Shown: one piece after another, positions 37,166-50,681 of the stretch
Layout: each line of letters opens with the position of its first letter
How positions within the stretch are numbered: the stretch's first letter is position 1
Assembly (NCBI GenBank): GCA_951406725.2
Contig: OX597832.1
Coordinates: 69,130,001 to 69,194,000, forward strand
Direction: 5' to 3'
DNA: 64,000 bases
Origin: Octopus vulgaris
Lineage: Eukaryota
Notes under the pieces: generated by a model
The model's input: the letters and a program-made list of their open reading frames with translations, nothing else
The model's database searches: none
Told to the model about the DNA's origin: nothing
Made by a program: the position numbers and the translations under genes

Positions 37166-39039
37166 ATATGTATGTATGTATATATATATATATGCCAAAC
37201 GAAATCAGTTCATCTCAAAATTTACAAAAATGTCTTATTTTAGCATGTACTTTATAGAAAAGTTTCCTGTCTTTGTGTATAACTTTGATTTTCCGACGTG
37301 AATGCTAATTGCTTGATTCTCACCTCGAGGGGAAACTATCGCTATAATTTATTCTGTTTGTATTTAAGATTGGTCGTTTCCTTATTTTGCTTTGTTTTCT
37401 CAAAGATATTGAAATTAGACATCTTTGCAACTGTCAGGATAATTTTTGCCCGTAAGCTGTTACTCTGTTTCTTCCCTAATTTCAAAAATGTTGATTAGAA
37501 ATAAGTGATAACAAGAAGCCTTAATTTGGATTCTTTCCTATATCAATAGATTTCCTTGCCAAATATTTTATACAGCAGGAAAAGTTTCCAAACTATTATA
37601 TTTTTAGTTTGATAATCTTTCAGAAGGAAATATGATTCTACATGCAATTTTCCTCTTTTATAATATAATACTTTATCATGACAGATTGCTTTTTTCTTTT
37701 GAATTATAAAACAGATTTTATACTTAGTCTGAGACATTAATATGGTTGACCTATAAGATTTGTTGAGGCTTGTCCCTAATGTAAAGATAGCACAGTGTTG
37801 AATTTATGTGTATGTGTGTATTTATCTGCATTTATCTACTTTTGTACAAGTGTATGTATACATACACATGTATGTACATATATACATACCTATATGAGTG
37901 TGTGTGCATCCACACACATACACATATGCATATATATATATGCATACATACATATATACATATACATGAATATTCATACATATAAGTGTGCATATACACA
38001 TATATACAGACACCCACATTTATATACATATGTATATACTTCTTTCAATGCAAGGACACTGCACATGAGAAGTGTATATAAATGTTCCCATTACAGTCAT
38101 ATTCCAAATGTATAAGTGAAAAATACTGTCTAAAATTCCTGGAGGATTTCATCTCTTCTAACCAACAGAAAGGTATTTACTATCTTTGCAATTATTACAG
38201 CAAAGGAAATCTTAATATAAACAAAAGATGCTTTCTTGCAAATTGTCCAAGCACCAAATTTGCAACTGGGTCTACTGTTTAGCTTTGTCATAGACATATT
38301 TCGGTTCTGATCTGCATTGTTAGAACACAGGTATTTGGAAAGAACTGTGTTGAATAAATTGGGTAATGAAAGAGTAATTTTCAATGAATGACCGGGTATC
38401 TAGGAAGGAGAAAAAGAGAAGAGCAGGTTCACCCCCAACTTTTCTTCATGAATAATCTAAAATTCTATGCCACAAATGGTCAAAACTGTTTTCAGTCTGA
38501 AAGTCTCCTTTGAATCATTAGCTGAGATCACTCCTGATTGAGATGCAATGTTCTAGTTTGAAAGGGATCAAATTAAAATCTCATCAAAATTTTATGCAAA
38601 ATTGTTCTCAACACCAACTGAAAATTGACAAATTTTTTTTACTAAATTCTTTATTAGTTTCATGAAAAGTCTTTGATAAGAACCTGGCCATGGGCACCTA
38701 AGCAACTCTTAAGCCTGGCCCCAGAATTTCATGTTTTCTCACAAATATGACTCACAAACTGAATATTACGGCCCTGATTATGTTGATGATGAGAATTACA
38801 ATATCTGGTTAGACCACTTTAACAATGACAATTTTTTACACAGACATGATATAATTACCTGGGCTTTGCTCCAAATATAATCATTTTTAGCAGCAGCAAT
38901 GTTTGTGTTCCTTGCATTTTTTGGTGATTAATGAGACCAATTCTAGAAAGCAATTCACTATTGCACACACTGCATTGAAATTCTGGGTTGGAATCTTCTG
39001 GAATCTCTGCTTTTCTCCCTTTCAACAGGATCTCTTGAA

Positions 39040-39530
39040 TTCTGCATGTTTAATACATTTTGCCTCAAACTTCTTCCATTCATTTTCAATTATACTACAC
39101 CAGTCTGTTCTGGTCCTTACTAAAGATTTCCTTTTTCTACTCTCCAGATCCAGAATCTCTAAATAATCCTTAACCACATCTTTGAATCGCTTCTTTGGGC
39201 TTATGACTTGGCCTTTTTTTATTTGAAAGCTCACCTTAAAATCATCTCTAGGCCAACCTGACATCATCCATCCGGACAATATGGCCAGTCTAACAATATG
39301 ATTAGTCTGTAGATAATCATCTCAAACCTTTCACAACTAGCTCTCCTCACTATTTTTGTTTCAAGTATCAAAGATGTCCATCTGAGACAGTTTTAATGAA
39401 ACATTCATTTCATATCCACATCTCAGATCCATAAAAATAATAAAGTTAGAACACATGATCTGCACACACTTGTTTTAGTTACCAGATGAAGACTCCGATC
39501 CTCCCACAGCTTTTACTCTAGTTTTCCAAA
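39040..39530 (-). mobile_element. Old RTE LINE 3' fragment
   Basis: Broken frames give YGSEMW, GHIVRMDD and PKKRFKDVVKD. Confidence 0.75.
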
Positions 39531-39542
39531 TGTTAAAGTGGC

Positions 39543-39846
39543 AGTTCTATATCTAAGAGACGAGGAACTATGTACATTATTTACACTTGACGGATATTTT
39601 CCCTCATCTTGTTTGTTGTTAATACATTTTGGCTGATATACCCTCCATCCTTCATCAGGTGTATTGGGGAAATTTCAAACCTGGGTTCTCATTCCTAAGG
39701 TATTTTTCAATATTATCATTATTATTATTATTATTATTATAATTATTATTGTTATTATTATTAATATGATTGAGGTCACTGCCTGGAATCGAACTTGGAA
39801 TCTTAGGGTTAGTAGCCTGCGCTCTGAACCACTACGCCATATGCCC
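39543..39846 (-). mobile_element. tRNA-headed SINE with internal (TAA)n and a decayed hammerhead
   Basis: 73-nt tRNA-like head at 39774-39846 (A-box TGGCGTAGTGG, B-box AGTTCGATTCC), then ACAC-CTGATGA-AGGATG..CAGCC-AAAA at 39621-39665. Confidence 0.65.
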
Positions 39847-39866
39847 GAAACACTCACACACACACA

Positions 39867-40006
<140 letters not shown>

Positions 40007-40165
40007 TCGTCATACTAATATGGCATTCTTATAAAAATAAGAATAAAGCTGTCCGCTTATTAGCTCCATGAGGCCATCGCCTTAAGTTAGCTATTTGATA
40101 CACAAACTGTATCCATATAACCTTCGAACAAGGGAGGTCAGTCGCTCCACACTACTTGACCGACA

Positions 40166-40207
40166 GCTACAGACGCGTTTCGGGGTATTGCCCCTTGTCA
40201 ATGTAGC
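40166..40207 (-). ncRNA. Type I hammerhead ribozyme (U3-A8 core variant)
   Basis: Exact reverse complement of 40599-40640. Confidence 0.85.
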
Positions 40208-40598
40208 GTAGTCGGACCAGTAGGTGTCGCTTCTGACTATCTCTGTTCGAAGGTTTTATTTACCTAGTTTCGGTGGAATACATCCACTTGTCTTCAATAA
40301 TAGAAATATTAAAATTACTAAGTCTCTCTAAAAGAGAATACGGCAGCGTTCCTGGAAATTAATAGTTATCGCCATACTAATATGGCATTCTTATAAAAAT
40401 AAGAATAAAGCTGTCCGCTTATTAGCTCCATGAGGCCATCGCCTTAAGTTAGCTATTTGATACACAAACTGTATCCATATAACCTTAGTAATTTTAATAT
40501 TTCTATTATTGAAGACAAGTGGATGTATTCCACCGAAACTAGGTAAATAAAACCTTCGAACAGAGATAGTCAGAAGCGACACCTACTGGTCCGACTAC

Positions 40599-40640
40599 GC
40601 TACATTGACAAGGGGCAATACCCCGAAACGCGTCTGTAGC
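40599..40640 (+). ncRNA. Type I hammerhead ribozyme (U3-A8 core variant)
   Basis: GCTACA-TTGACAA-GGGG-CAATA-CCCC-GAAAC-GC-GTC^TGTAGC: 6-bp stem I, 4-bp stem II, palindromic ACGCGT stem III, predicted cleavage after C40634. Confidence 0.85.
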
Positions 40641-40878
40641 TGTCGGTCAAGTAGTGTGGAGCGACTGACCTCCCTTGTTCGAAGGTTATATGGATACAGT
40701 TTGTGTATCAAATAGCTAACTTAAGGCGATGGCCTCATGGAGCTAATAAGCGGACAGCTTTATTCTTATTTTTATAAGAATGCCATATTAGTATGGCGAT
40801 AACTATTAATTTCCAGGAACGCTGCCGTATTCTCTTTTAGAGAGACTTAGTAATTTTAATATTTCTATTATATATACA

Positions 40879-40924
<46 letters not shown>

Positions 40925-41203
40925 CATATGCACTCAATATATACGTACTCACACACACAAGCATACAATATACACAAACCTTCATGTACATCTATATACA
41001 TATACACACATACATGTATACATACACAGAAACTGAAGTGATAAGTTTGCCTTGCGACTTGATTTTCAAGACATTGCATTCTTCAAGTGGCATCAGACAG
41101 AAATCACAAGACAAACGTCCAGCTTCAGTTTCTATAAGAAAAAAACCATAGCCTTTGCAGCAGACATTAAGAACTCCTTTCTCATTTGTTCAACATTGTT
41201 CCA

Positions 41204-41356
41204 GGCGCAGGAGTGGCTGTGTGGTAAGTAGCTTGTTTACCAACCACATGGTTCCAGGTTCAGTCCCACTGCGTGGCACCTTGGGCAAGTGTCTTCTACT
41301 ATAGCCTCGGGCCGACCAAAGCCTTGTGAGTGGATTTGGTAGACGGAAACTGCCCG

Positions 41357-41397
<41 letters not shown>

Positions 41398-41598
41398 TGT
41401 GTGTGTTTGTGTGTCTGTGTTTGTCCCCCTAGCATTGCTTGACAACCAATGTCCCCGTTACTTAGCGGTTCGGCAAAAGAGCCCGATAGAATAAGTACTG
41501 GGCTTACAAAAGAATAAGTCGAGTTGCTCGAGTAAAGGCGGTGCTCCAGCATGGCCGCAGTCAAATAACTGAAACAAGTAAAAGAGTAAAAGAGAGAG
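41204..41598 (+). mobile_element. Near full-length SINE family A
   Basis: Head, internal (TA)/(TG) and tail present. More decayed copies near 44330-44610(+), 47330-47550(-), 52780-52935(-), 53530-53720(+) and 58220-58465(+). Confidence 0.9.
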
Positions 41599-41900
41599 AG
41601 TATTAAGCATCATGGCACCTCATTGTCTTCAAGGAGGCCCAGACACCACAACAGGATTGATGTTAGCCCCATAAAAAGCACTGGTGATGGTGCCATGTAA
41701 AAAGCACTGGTGATGGTGCCATGTAAAAAGCACGGGTACTTGAACCACATAAGAAGCTCTTAGGACACTTTGTAGAGTGATTGTTGTTAAGAAGGGCCAT
41801 AGAGAGCATGCCAGAATAGAAAATGGGGCCAGTTGCAACCTCCAGCCTCATCGGCTTTTGTCAAACCACCCAACCCATGACAGCACGGAAAGCAGACATT

Positions 41901-42120
41901 AGATGAGGATGAGGATGATGATGATGAGGATGAGGATAATGATGATGAGGATGATGATAATGTTGATGATGATGATGATGATGATGATGTTGATGAAGAT
42001 GATGATGATGATGATGATATCATGATCATGATGAGGATGATCATGATGATGATGGTAATGATGATGATGATGATGAGAAGGAGGAGCATGGTGGTGATGA
42101 TAATGAGGAGGAGGAGGAGG
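41901..42120. repeat. (GAT)n/(GAG)n microsatellite expanded from a retroelement tail
   Basis: Seen directly, immediately after a GCAGACATTAGATGA tail. Confidence 0.93.
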
Positions 42121-42372
42121 ATATAGATTACAGATGTATTGACAGTGATTGCTTATGAGCTTTTGATATCATAATATGATAATCTACTGCTTAATAAAGC
42201 TATAGATTTCAACCGTGATTGCATGTGTGAATAGAATTTTATTATAAAGAAGTGGCTTGATACACATGTGTGTGTGCATATATATATGTATATATATGTA
42301 TAAATGTATATAGCTTAACTCTGTAGCATATTATAGCATTGAAGACCACCACAGCCAATACATGTGTATGTA

Positions 42373-42407
<35 letters not shown>

Positions 42408-43455
42408 TAGTGCAAGCATGTATGTATTCAAACTAAAATATTAGTTATTTTGCAAACAATATTCAGTTAAAAAGTATTCATTTGACAAGAATTTGCGTGT
42501 CATGAATCTTTTGTTTTTTCAACTTTAACATTTTCATTTATTTTTATTTTTATATTTCTGCTCGAAGTATATTTTTCTTCTTTTTTTTCTTTCCTTTACT
42601 TCAAAAATCAATAGAAATGTGATAAAATTAATTTTTATCTGGCAACACAAGAATAATTTTGTTTTTGTTTAGTTTCAAGAAAGAAAGCAAATATATAGAA
42701 ATGTTGCTATAGAATCATAAGATATTGAATAAAACCTATTGTAACCAAGGTATACATTTTTTCCTATTTTCTGTATTTTTTTTTCCTTTTTGCCTCCTAT
42801 TACAACATAGGAAAATATTTACTAGATACTATCTTGAGGATATAATAAATTTTACTTTTTAAAATTATTATTATTAGTATCATAATTATCACACATTTTC
42901 TTCACTAAATTTTTTCTAGATTAATTCAATTAGTTTTTAAAAATTCAATTCTCTCAAAAATGTAATCATTCGTAATTTCAAAATTCTATATCATGTAAGT
43001 GTTTTCTTAAATTAAATACATATAAAAAAGAATAACAATGATAATAATAAACACCCACAATAATTATAGCAGTAAGTTAACTTTAAGTAAAAGTTCAGTG
43101 AATTGGAAACAGAATAAATATGCGTGTGTCTGTGTGTGTGTATTTCCATTAATATCTGTATTGGAACAAAACTAAAAGAAACCAGCACAAATGATAACCA
43201 TTGCTTGAGGCATGCACAAGATGTTTCATGAAGTTGGAAGATTTCGAAGACTAAAATCATGTTTATCCCATGTCTGTGTACTGCGGATAAAATTGAAACC
43301 TTAAAATACTTTTGAAAAAATAAACGAGAAATTAAGAAACTATACACCTGATTAAATCAATGTTGTGTATAATTTTTATGCCTGGTTTAGCTTTTTTATC
43401 TGTATTTATTAATATTTCTTTTTTGGTAATGAGATGTGTGTGTGCATGTGTTTAC

Positions 43456-43510
<55 letters not shown>

Positions 43511-45073
43511 TATATTAATACATATATACACATATATATTCATACATACACACACATATTTACACATAAATATGCAAACACGTATGCATGTATATACATA
43601 ACTGTGTGTGTGTGTGGATATATATATATCTATACATACATATATATATATACAGGTAAATATACACATATATGCATACACATACATACATAGAAATGTG
43701 TATTTGTTTATTTGTAATTTTCAATGCTATTAATATTATTCCACCTATTTTCGATTATTTAAAATAGTATATTTGGTTACAAGTATTCATTGGACAAGCA
43801 GACGGATACCACAAGAAACATATCGGGTTTGTGATACATTTGTACTTACAATGTTATGTATGTATGTTTTTCACAATTTTCTTTTGGAAACATTATCCAG
43901 AATATGTGTGACAATAAAAAAAGTGTTTGTTCTATTTCCTGTTCCTTTTCATTGTAATCCTTGTTTCTTATTGTAAGAAACTACAAAATTTAAATACAAA
44001 ATTTCAAGACAAAAAAAGAAAGAAAAGAAAAGGAAGAAAACCAGAAGAGAATACATAAAGCTAAAAACCCTGCTGGTTTTGGTGCCCCATAAAAAGCACC
44101 CAGTACACTCTGTAAAGTGGTTGACGTTAGGAAGGGCACCCAACCTGGTGCAACTCTCTGGGTTACCAGCTTCTGTCAAACTGTCCAACCCATGGAAAAT
44201 GTACATTAAATGATAATGATGATACACACACACACACACCACACACCACATGATCAAAAGCATTCCTGTAATGTGTGTGATGTTCATTCATTATCTGAGA
44301 CAACAGAGTGTGCTTTCTTAGACACAAGTGTAGGCATGGCTGACTGTGAGGTTAAGAAGGTTGCTTTGCAATCATATGGTTTCAGGTTCAGTCCCTCTTC
44401 AAGGCACTTTGAGCAAGAGTTTTCTATAGCCACAGTTTAACCATTGCCTTGTGAATGAATTTATTAGATAGAAACTGTGTAGAATCCTGTCATATATGTG
44501 TGCAAGTGCGTGTGTTTATTTATCCTCACCCTTGCTTGACAACTGCTGCTAATGTCTCCATTACGTCAAAATACAAGGAAAGAGCCTAACAGAATTAGTA
44601 CCAAACTTAAGGATCTAACTTAAATCCTTCTATCAAAATTCCACATTAACTTATGTTCCAAAAACCTGCTTAATAATGATGTTTTTCAAAAAAGTCTTCA
44701 TTATTTTTAAAATTATTTGAAATAAAGGTAGGTTTTTTTCAGCAGAAATATGGTAGCGAAAATGTTGATTGGTCAGAACTATGAAGACTGCAAATCTTGA
44801 TGAATATCTTGGACTACATTATCAAATGTGTCCTTTTTCTGTTTTTACTTAAGAGAGAAGGGTGAGCATATGTGGCTGAGTTGGTGTGTTGGTTGAACTG
44901 TCGATGCACGCACCCAAGTGTGAGCCTCTATTTACATAAGAACCCCATATGGAGAAGCTTTTGAACGTTGCACAAATATTCACTGCACCACTAATACATT
45001 AGATTTGGAGAATCCAAGTTAGCTTCTGTTGCTCTTTCTTTGATAGTCCAAGTATTTCTAGGATTTTGTGTAA

Positions 45074-45116
<43 letters not shown>

Positions 45117-48100
45117 ATGCGTGTGTGTGTGTGTGTTCTTGTCTTGACAGGTAAAGATGTAAAATGAACATCATCATACAGCTTCTGCTAAAAACATTTC
45201 TGGTTGTGAAGAAGTCTTAGCTCACTTGAAAGCAGGTCAGAGTTAGCAACAGGAAAGGCATCTAGCTATAGATCTGCCTCATTGAATTCCTTTTGCCCCA
45301 TGCAAGCATGGTAAAGTGGGCGTTAAGACGATGATAATGACAACAATTATTAACTGGAATGCATTAAATAAAGTCACCAAAACTGATTAAGCAATTTATT
45401 CATGAAGTTAAGGTAAGATCTAACATTTTCGGCAACTCTGATGGTTAGATAAAATGTTGGGAAAGAATTCCCGGCTTTAGATACGTGGTATCTTACCAAT
45501 AAATAAATAAATAAATAAATTGATGTCTTCTGTGTGTAATAGTCAAGTATTTGAGACATAAAAATGTCTTTGAGCTACCAAAAGAGACATTTTGTCTTAA
45601 AACATTTACAAGACACAAGAAAATAAACTTTCTTTTTTATATTTCCTCTTGTCTAAATGTCCAAGATAATTCCTTGATAATGCGATTATAATTTCCCAGA
45701 CTATTCATTTCATCACTCCACTGTTTACATCTACAGAAGATATTTCCATTGTTTTGATCTCTGATTAACATCAGGTGTCTAGTTCGTTGATGTGTATACA
45801 GCCCCAAATTGTTTTTGAACTATGAACCGTTACTTCCCACTAAAGTTAGCCACATTACCACTTCTTTTGTATGCCAGGCCACTGGGCATGCACAGTGTAC
45901 AACTGCATGAACTGAACTGTATATTGACTAAATTGTGTGGTGATCAGGTGGTCATTAGCAAGTTGAGTATAATGCCATGTGACCTTTGATCTGGCTCCCT
46001 GTGTTTGGAGTTCAAATACAGTCAATGTCAACTTTGCCCCAATGCAATAATAAAGTGATTTCTTCTTTTCTTCTTCCTCCTCCCCTTCCTCCACTCCAGA
46101 ACAAATCAGATGCATTCACATCTGGAGGAGGAGGAGGGGCTCCATCATTTGAAATGCACTCAAGGCACACCCAATGTCAAGACAGCACTCCTATGACTTC
46201 ATCATGAGTTAAGGAACCATTGTCACCACAACACCACAACACACACTCACACACACACACACACCTTTCTTGGGGAAATATTATCTTATCTGAAAATAAG
46301 TGAAGGCTGGCAACACGAAGAGCCCCTGGTTGTAGTAAATCTGCCTCAAAGAATATCATATGAACTATACAAGCACAGAAAAGTCAATGATAAAATGATA
46401 ATACAGGGTCTTAGAAAAGCTTTTTTAAAAACAATTGAAATGAAATAAATTAACTGGATATTTATGAGATTATTGCTTTAGATCAAAGAACTGCAAGATT
46501 GTGGTTGACCATGGACTTAAACAGTAACACTTAAACAACATGAATCCATTTCATAAAGCTACCAAATCTCCCTCAACTATCACTTCTATATTGTAAAGTA
46601 CATGGTTAAAACCATTTTCTTAGGGCAACCTGACAAAATAAATAGAATTAAATAAAGACAAAGCTATAAATATTTATCACACATTTTATTTGTTCAGGTT
46701 AAAACTTAGCAAGAAATAAATTTATTTATAAAAGCACAAACGATTGAGGCAATCTACTAACTAACCAACTGACCAACCAGCCAACAACGGCAGTGACAAT
46801 GACCACAGCAACAACACTATATGATATTTATAGGCTGAATTTTATAACAAGATTATAAAAGCCTTGCAGAAAGGATCCTGTCAAAGAGGCATTGAGTTTC
46901 CCTTCCATTTTTAGATTGACCATTTTCGTCTCTTCATACCATGATCCTTAGCTCTATGCAGAATAGCAAAAATTCTTAATCTCATGTCCACTCAAAGCAA
47001 AATCTCTCTTTAAATAGTACATTTATCTTTATTTACTGTGACCAATGCTCAGAGCACAACTATATATTTCCTCGAATAGTGCAATGCAATCTTTGCCTTC
47101 TCTGAATGGATGTTTGTATATATATAAATAAATATATGCACACAAACACCCCACACACCTCCACACAAACTTACATGCACACACACACACACATATGTAT
47201 ATGAGTGTGTATGTATATCTATACATGTATATATGTATATATGTATGTTTTATATGTGTATATATATATATATGTACATATACACACAAACATTTATGTA
47301 TACATATATATGTGTGTGTATGCGTATGTATATAAACATGGCTGTCAGTTACGAATTTTATTTCTAAATCATAGGGCAAGGGATTTCATACACAAACGCG
47401 CAGTTTCTATTAATCAAATTCACTCACAAAACATTAATCGTCTCAGGGTTATAGTAGAAGACACCTGTGTCACATCGTGGGACTGAACCTGAAACCATAG
47501 GATTCCAGAGGAATGCAAAGCAAGCTTCTTAACCAGACACACTCATGATCCTGTGTGTATGTCTGTTGAAGTGTGTGTGTGTCAATGTGTATTTTCTTGT
47601 GTGAAGGGGTTAGGGATAGAAAGAGAAAAACTGAAAGATTTGAAATGTCTCTATTTTAGTTACTATGGAAACACTGATAGAAAGAGAGAGGAAAAGGGTT
47701 AGACAATCTTTACATGGGTGCATGTGTATGTATTTGAGAGAGAGAGAGAGAGAGAGGGGGGGGGAGGAAATGACGTGTGAGTGAGATTTGTTGTCTCAAA
47801 GAATCAAGAACCTCCATCACTGGTCAATACCAGTTTAATGGAGAGAAATTTCATAGAAACAAAATTTTTACAATGGTATTTGCACAAATCAGTTAATCTG
47901 AAGAAAGGCAATTTTCATCTTTTTTTCTAATGACATATGATGTCAGTAAGTGGGAGAAGAACCTTGCCATAGTAACATTCAGATTTCTAATCTGAATATG
48001 AAAGTTGAATGTAACTGTCATTTGGCTGGCCTGTGTTATTAAAAATGGCCATCTTGCTTCCAAATGATTCTGTTTTTTTTTTTATATAAATCTAATAGTA

Positions 48101-49079
48101 TAGTGCTTTTATGATCTGTGTCAGGTGAGATACGAGACTTTTTTTAAATTCAACAGCTTGGATATATAGCTTTCAGGGAAAGTAACAAAAAGAAAAAAAT
48201 TACACACATTTTAGAATCTGTGTATGTAAGTTTGTTGGATTAAACGTATACATACATATGTATGTGTGTGTGCATGTGTACATATAAGTATGTATTTCTT
48301 TTGCTGTCTTTCTCTTTGCATGTGTGTATGTAATAATTATTTTCAGGATCCAATAGAATCAAGGTATTTTAATAACAAAGACACCAAGGTAGAGTCAAGG
48401 ACAGCATACACTGTACACAGACACTCATGTACATAGCAAAGCATACACGGATTTCTCCTTCCAGTAATGCACACATGCACAACTATAGACTAGACACACC
48501 CAACATATTTGTAAAATGGCACAAGACTTTACTCTGACATGCAGTCCATGGTCCCTGTAAGCACATGATCAAATACAGGGAAGGTAGCAAGTGTGGTGTA
48601 GCATAAACAGTAACACAAATGGGCTGAGGTGCACTACAGCTGTTTCAGACAGGATTTTATTGATGGACAAATCAATTGCATCATATGAAAAAGAAAACCA
48701 TGTTTTTCAGGGGAATTAAAGCAAAAATATATTTTAGTTGTTTGAATTTTTCACACAATGGCTATAGAATGGATACTGGCTTTTCATCTCAGTGCAAATT
48801 GAGAGGATCTCTCAAATACAAATACATACATACATACATATCTATACATATAAATTTGACATGGGTGATTCTTTCATGTCTTGAGGTTCACAGTCAAATG
48901 GCTGGCTGGAATTGCATAAAAATTACACAGATGTGTAGAATGATCTGGTGATGTTGCTGGGTTTCGTATTTTTTCATAGCTCCCACGGTTACCAAGATAA
49001 TCTACTGTAATAATACTCTTGTGTTTATGAATGAGAAAGGAAGGGGTAATAGATGAATAAGGAAAGAAGGGGTGATGTC

Positions 49080-49442
49080 ATACTTGGTAGTGGGAGGATG
49101 AAAATTGTATGCTGAAAAAATAAATCAAACAACGTTTCAACTCTGTGTGAATATATGTGTGTGTGTGTGTGCGTAAAAGGGGGTATGTGAATGTGTGTGT
49201 GCAATGGAAGTGGGATGATTCATCTTTGTTTGTTTAGTATTTGGGTTTATTTTTTGATTTCGTTGAATGTTGATTGTCTTCTTTTTTGTTGGTCAGTTAT
49301 TTTTAACGTTTTGACAGAAAAGAAGTCATTCTAAAATTGTTTTTTAAAGTAAGTCTGTCCAAACAAGTTGAATGCTTACACAGAACATGTTTTACAGCCA
49401 CATCATCTGAACCGACCGGGTGAAACTGGGCTTAGCTGCTAG
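49080..49442 (+). mobile_element. Possible Helitron 3' terminus
   Basis: Imperfect GC-rich hairpin CCGGGTGAAACTGGG (49416-49430), then CTAG (49439-49442) followed by T. The 5' boundary is a guess. Confidence 0.4.
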
Positions 49443-50628
49443 TTTTATATATATATATAGTCCAGTCTGTGGAGTGGTTGGTGTTAGGAAGGGCATCCAG
49501 CTGTAAAAGCCTTTGCCAAAACAGATACAGCAGCCTGGGGTAGTCTTCTACCTGGCCAGCTCCTGTCAACCATCTTACCTATAATGTATGGAAGATGGAC
49601 ATTAAACGATGATGACACACAGAACAGGCTTCTTTCAGTTTCCATTAACCAAATACACTAATAAGGTGGGTTTGAATGGGCCAGGATTATAGTAGATGAC
49701 ATATGCCCAAAGTACCATGTATTGGAAAGGAACCAAAAAGTACAGGGCTGAGAAGCAAACCAGTAAAAACACACACATAGACACACACACACACATTCAC
49801 GGGCCCATACAGGCAGTTATGCATCTGCACACATACAGAATTATAATAACTGGGATAAATTATGGATGTGAGAAAGATATTCCATGAAATGTAAGTGGTC
49901 TCGTAGCAGTACCATATATTTAGAGTTATTTGCCAATGTCTATAAGAAATGATAGACAAAAACTTTCAGTCTATGACAAGAATAATCTTATTAATGGTGC
50001 TTAAAATATGATATTCTGTAATTCCTCTCAAGAGCAACCTATATCTGCTAATTAAAACTGAATTTTGGTTAAGCAAATTGAGTAATCACCAACGTTACTG
50101 AAAGAAAGACAGCCATATATATTTGCAGTGTCTTCAATATATAACACAACATAAAACTATGATGTATAAATTATATAGAATGTATTTTGCTACATTATAC
50201 AATATTATATATGTGAAGTGTAAGCATGGCTGTGTGGTTAAGAAATTCACTTGAGATCCATGAGACCAGGAGTTCGATCCCACTCTGTGAACATCATTAA
50301 CTAACATTTTTATACAATAGTCATAGGTTCCCTAATACCCTCTGAAGAAGCCTATCCATATTTCATCATGATGAACCCTTAATCCCTACACATTTTTTCC
50401 TCTCTCCACTTTTTTTTTGTTCTCTCTCCATTTTCTTTTTCTCTTAGTCCTTTCTTTTGAAGAGCATAGAATTAAAATGTGATAAACTTTTCCTTTCTTC
50501 CAAAGTGTCTAATACACCTGCTTGTTGTTCCTTCACCTGTCTTTATCTTTTGTTTTCTCTAAATTCTATGTATGTATGTATGTATGTATGTATGTATGTA
50601 TGTATGTATGTATGTATGTATATGTATA

Positions 50629-50681
<53 letters not shown>

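Noticed and set aside
39774-39846. Functional tRNA gene (anticodon ACT)
   Set aside because: Acceptor and T stems have several mismatches and the anticodon is atypical; better explained as a SINE head.
48042-48056. Overlapping YY1-like sites (AAAATGGCCATCTTG)
   Set aside because: A short motif with no promoter context cannot be supported from sequence alone.
48632-48796. Another long-stem-II HHR on the minus strand (TGCAC-TGAGATGA...GAAACAGCTGTA-GTGCA)
   Set aside because: The half-core and a possible stem I exist, but the 5' core is non-canonical and no stem II closes the ~130-nt gap. It may be a remnant but is unsupported.
50455-50490. Minimal HHR remnant TTGAAGAG..AAAATGT
   Set aside because: Too many changes are required to restore a core.
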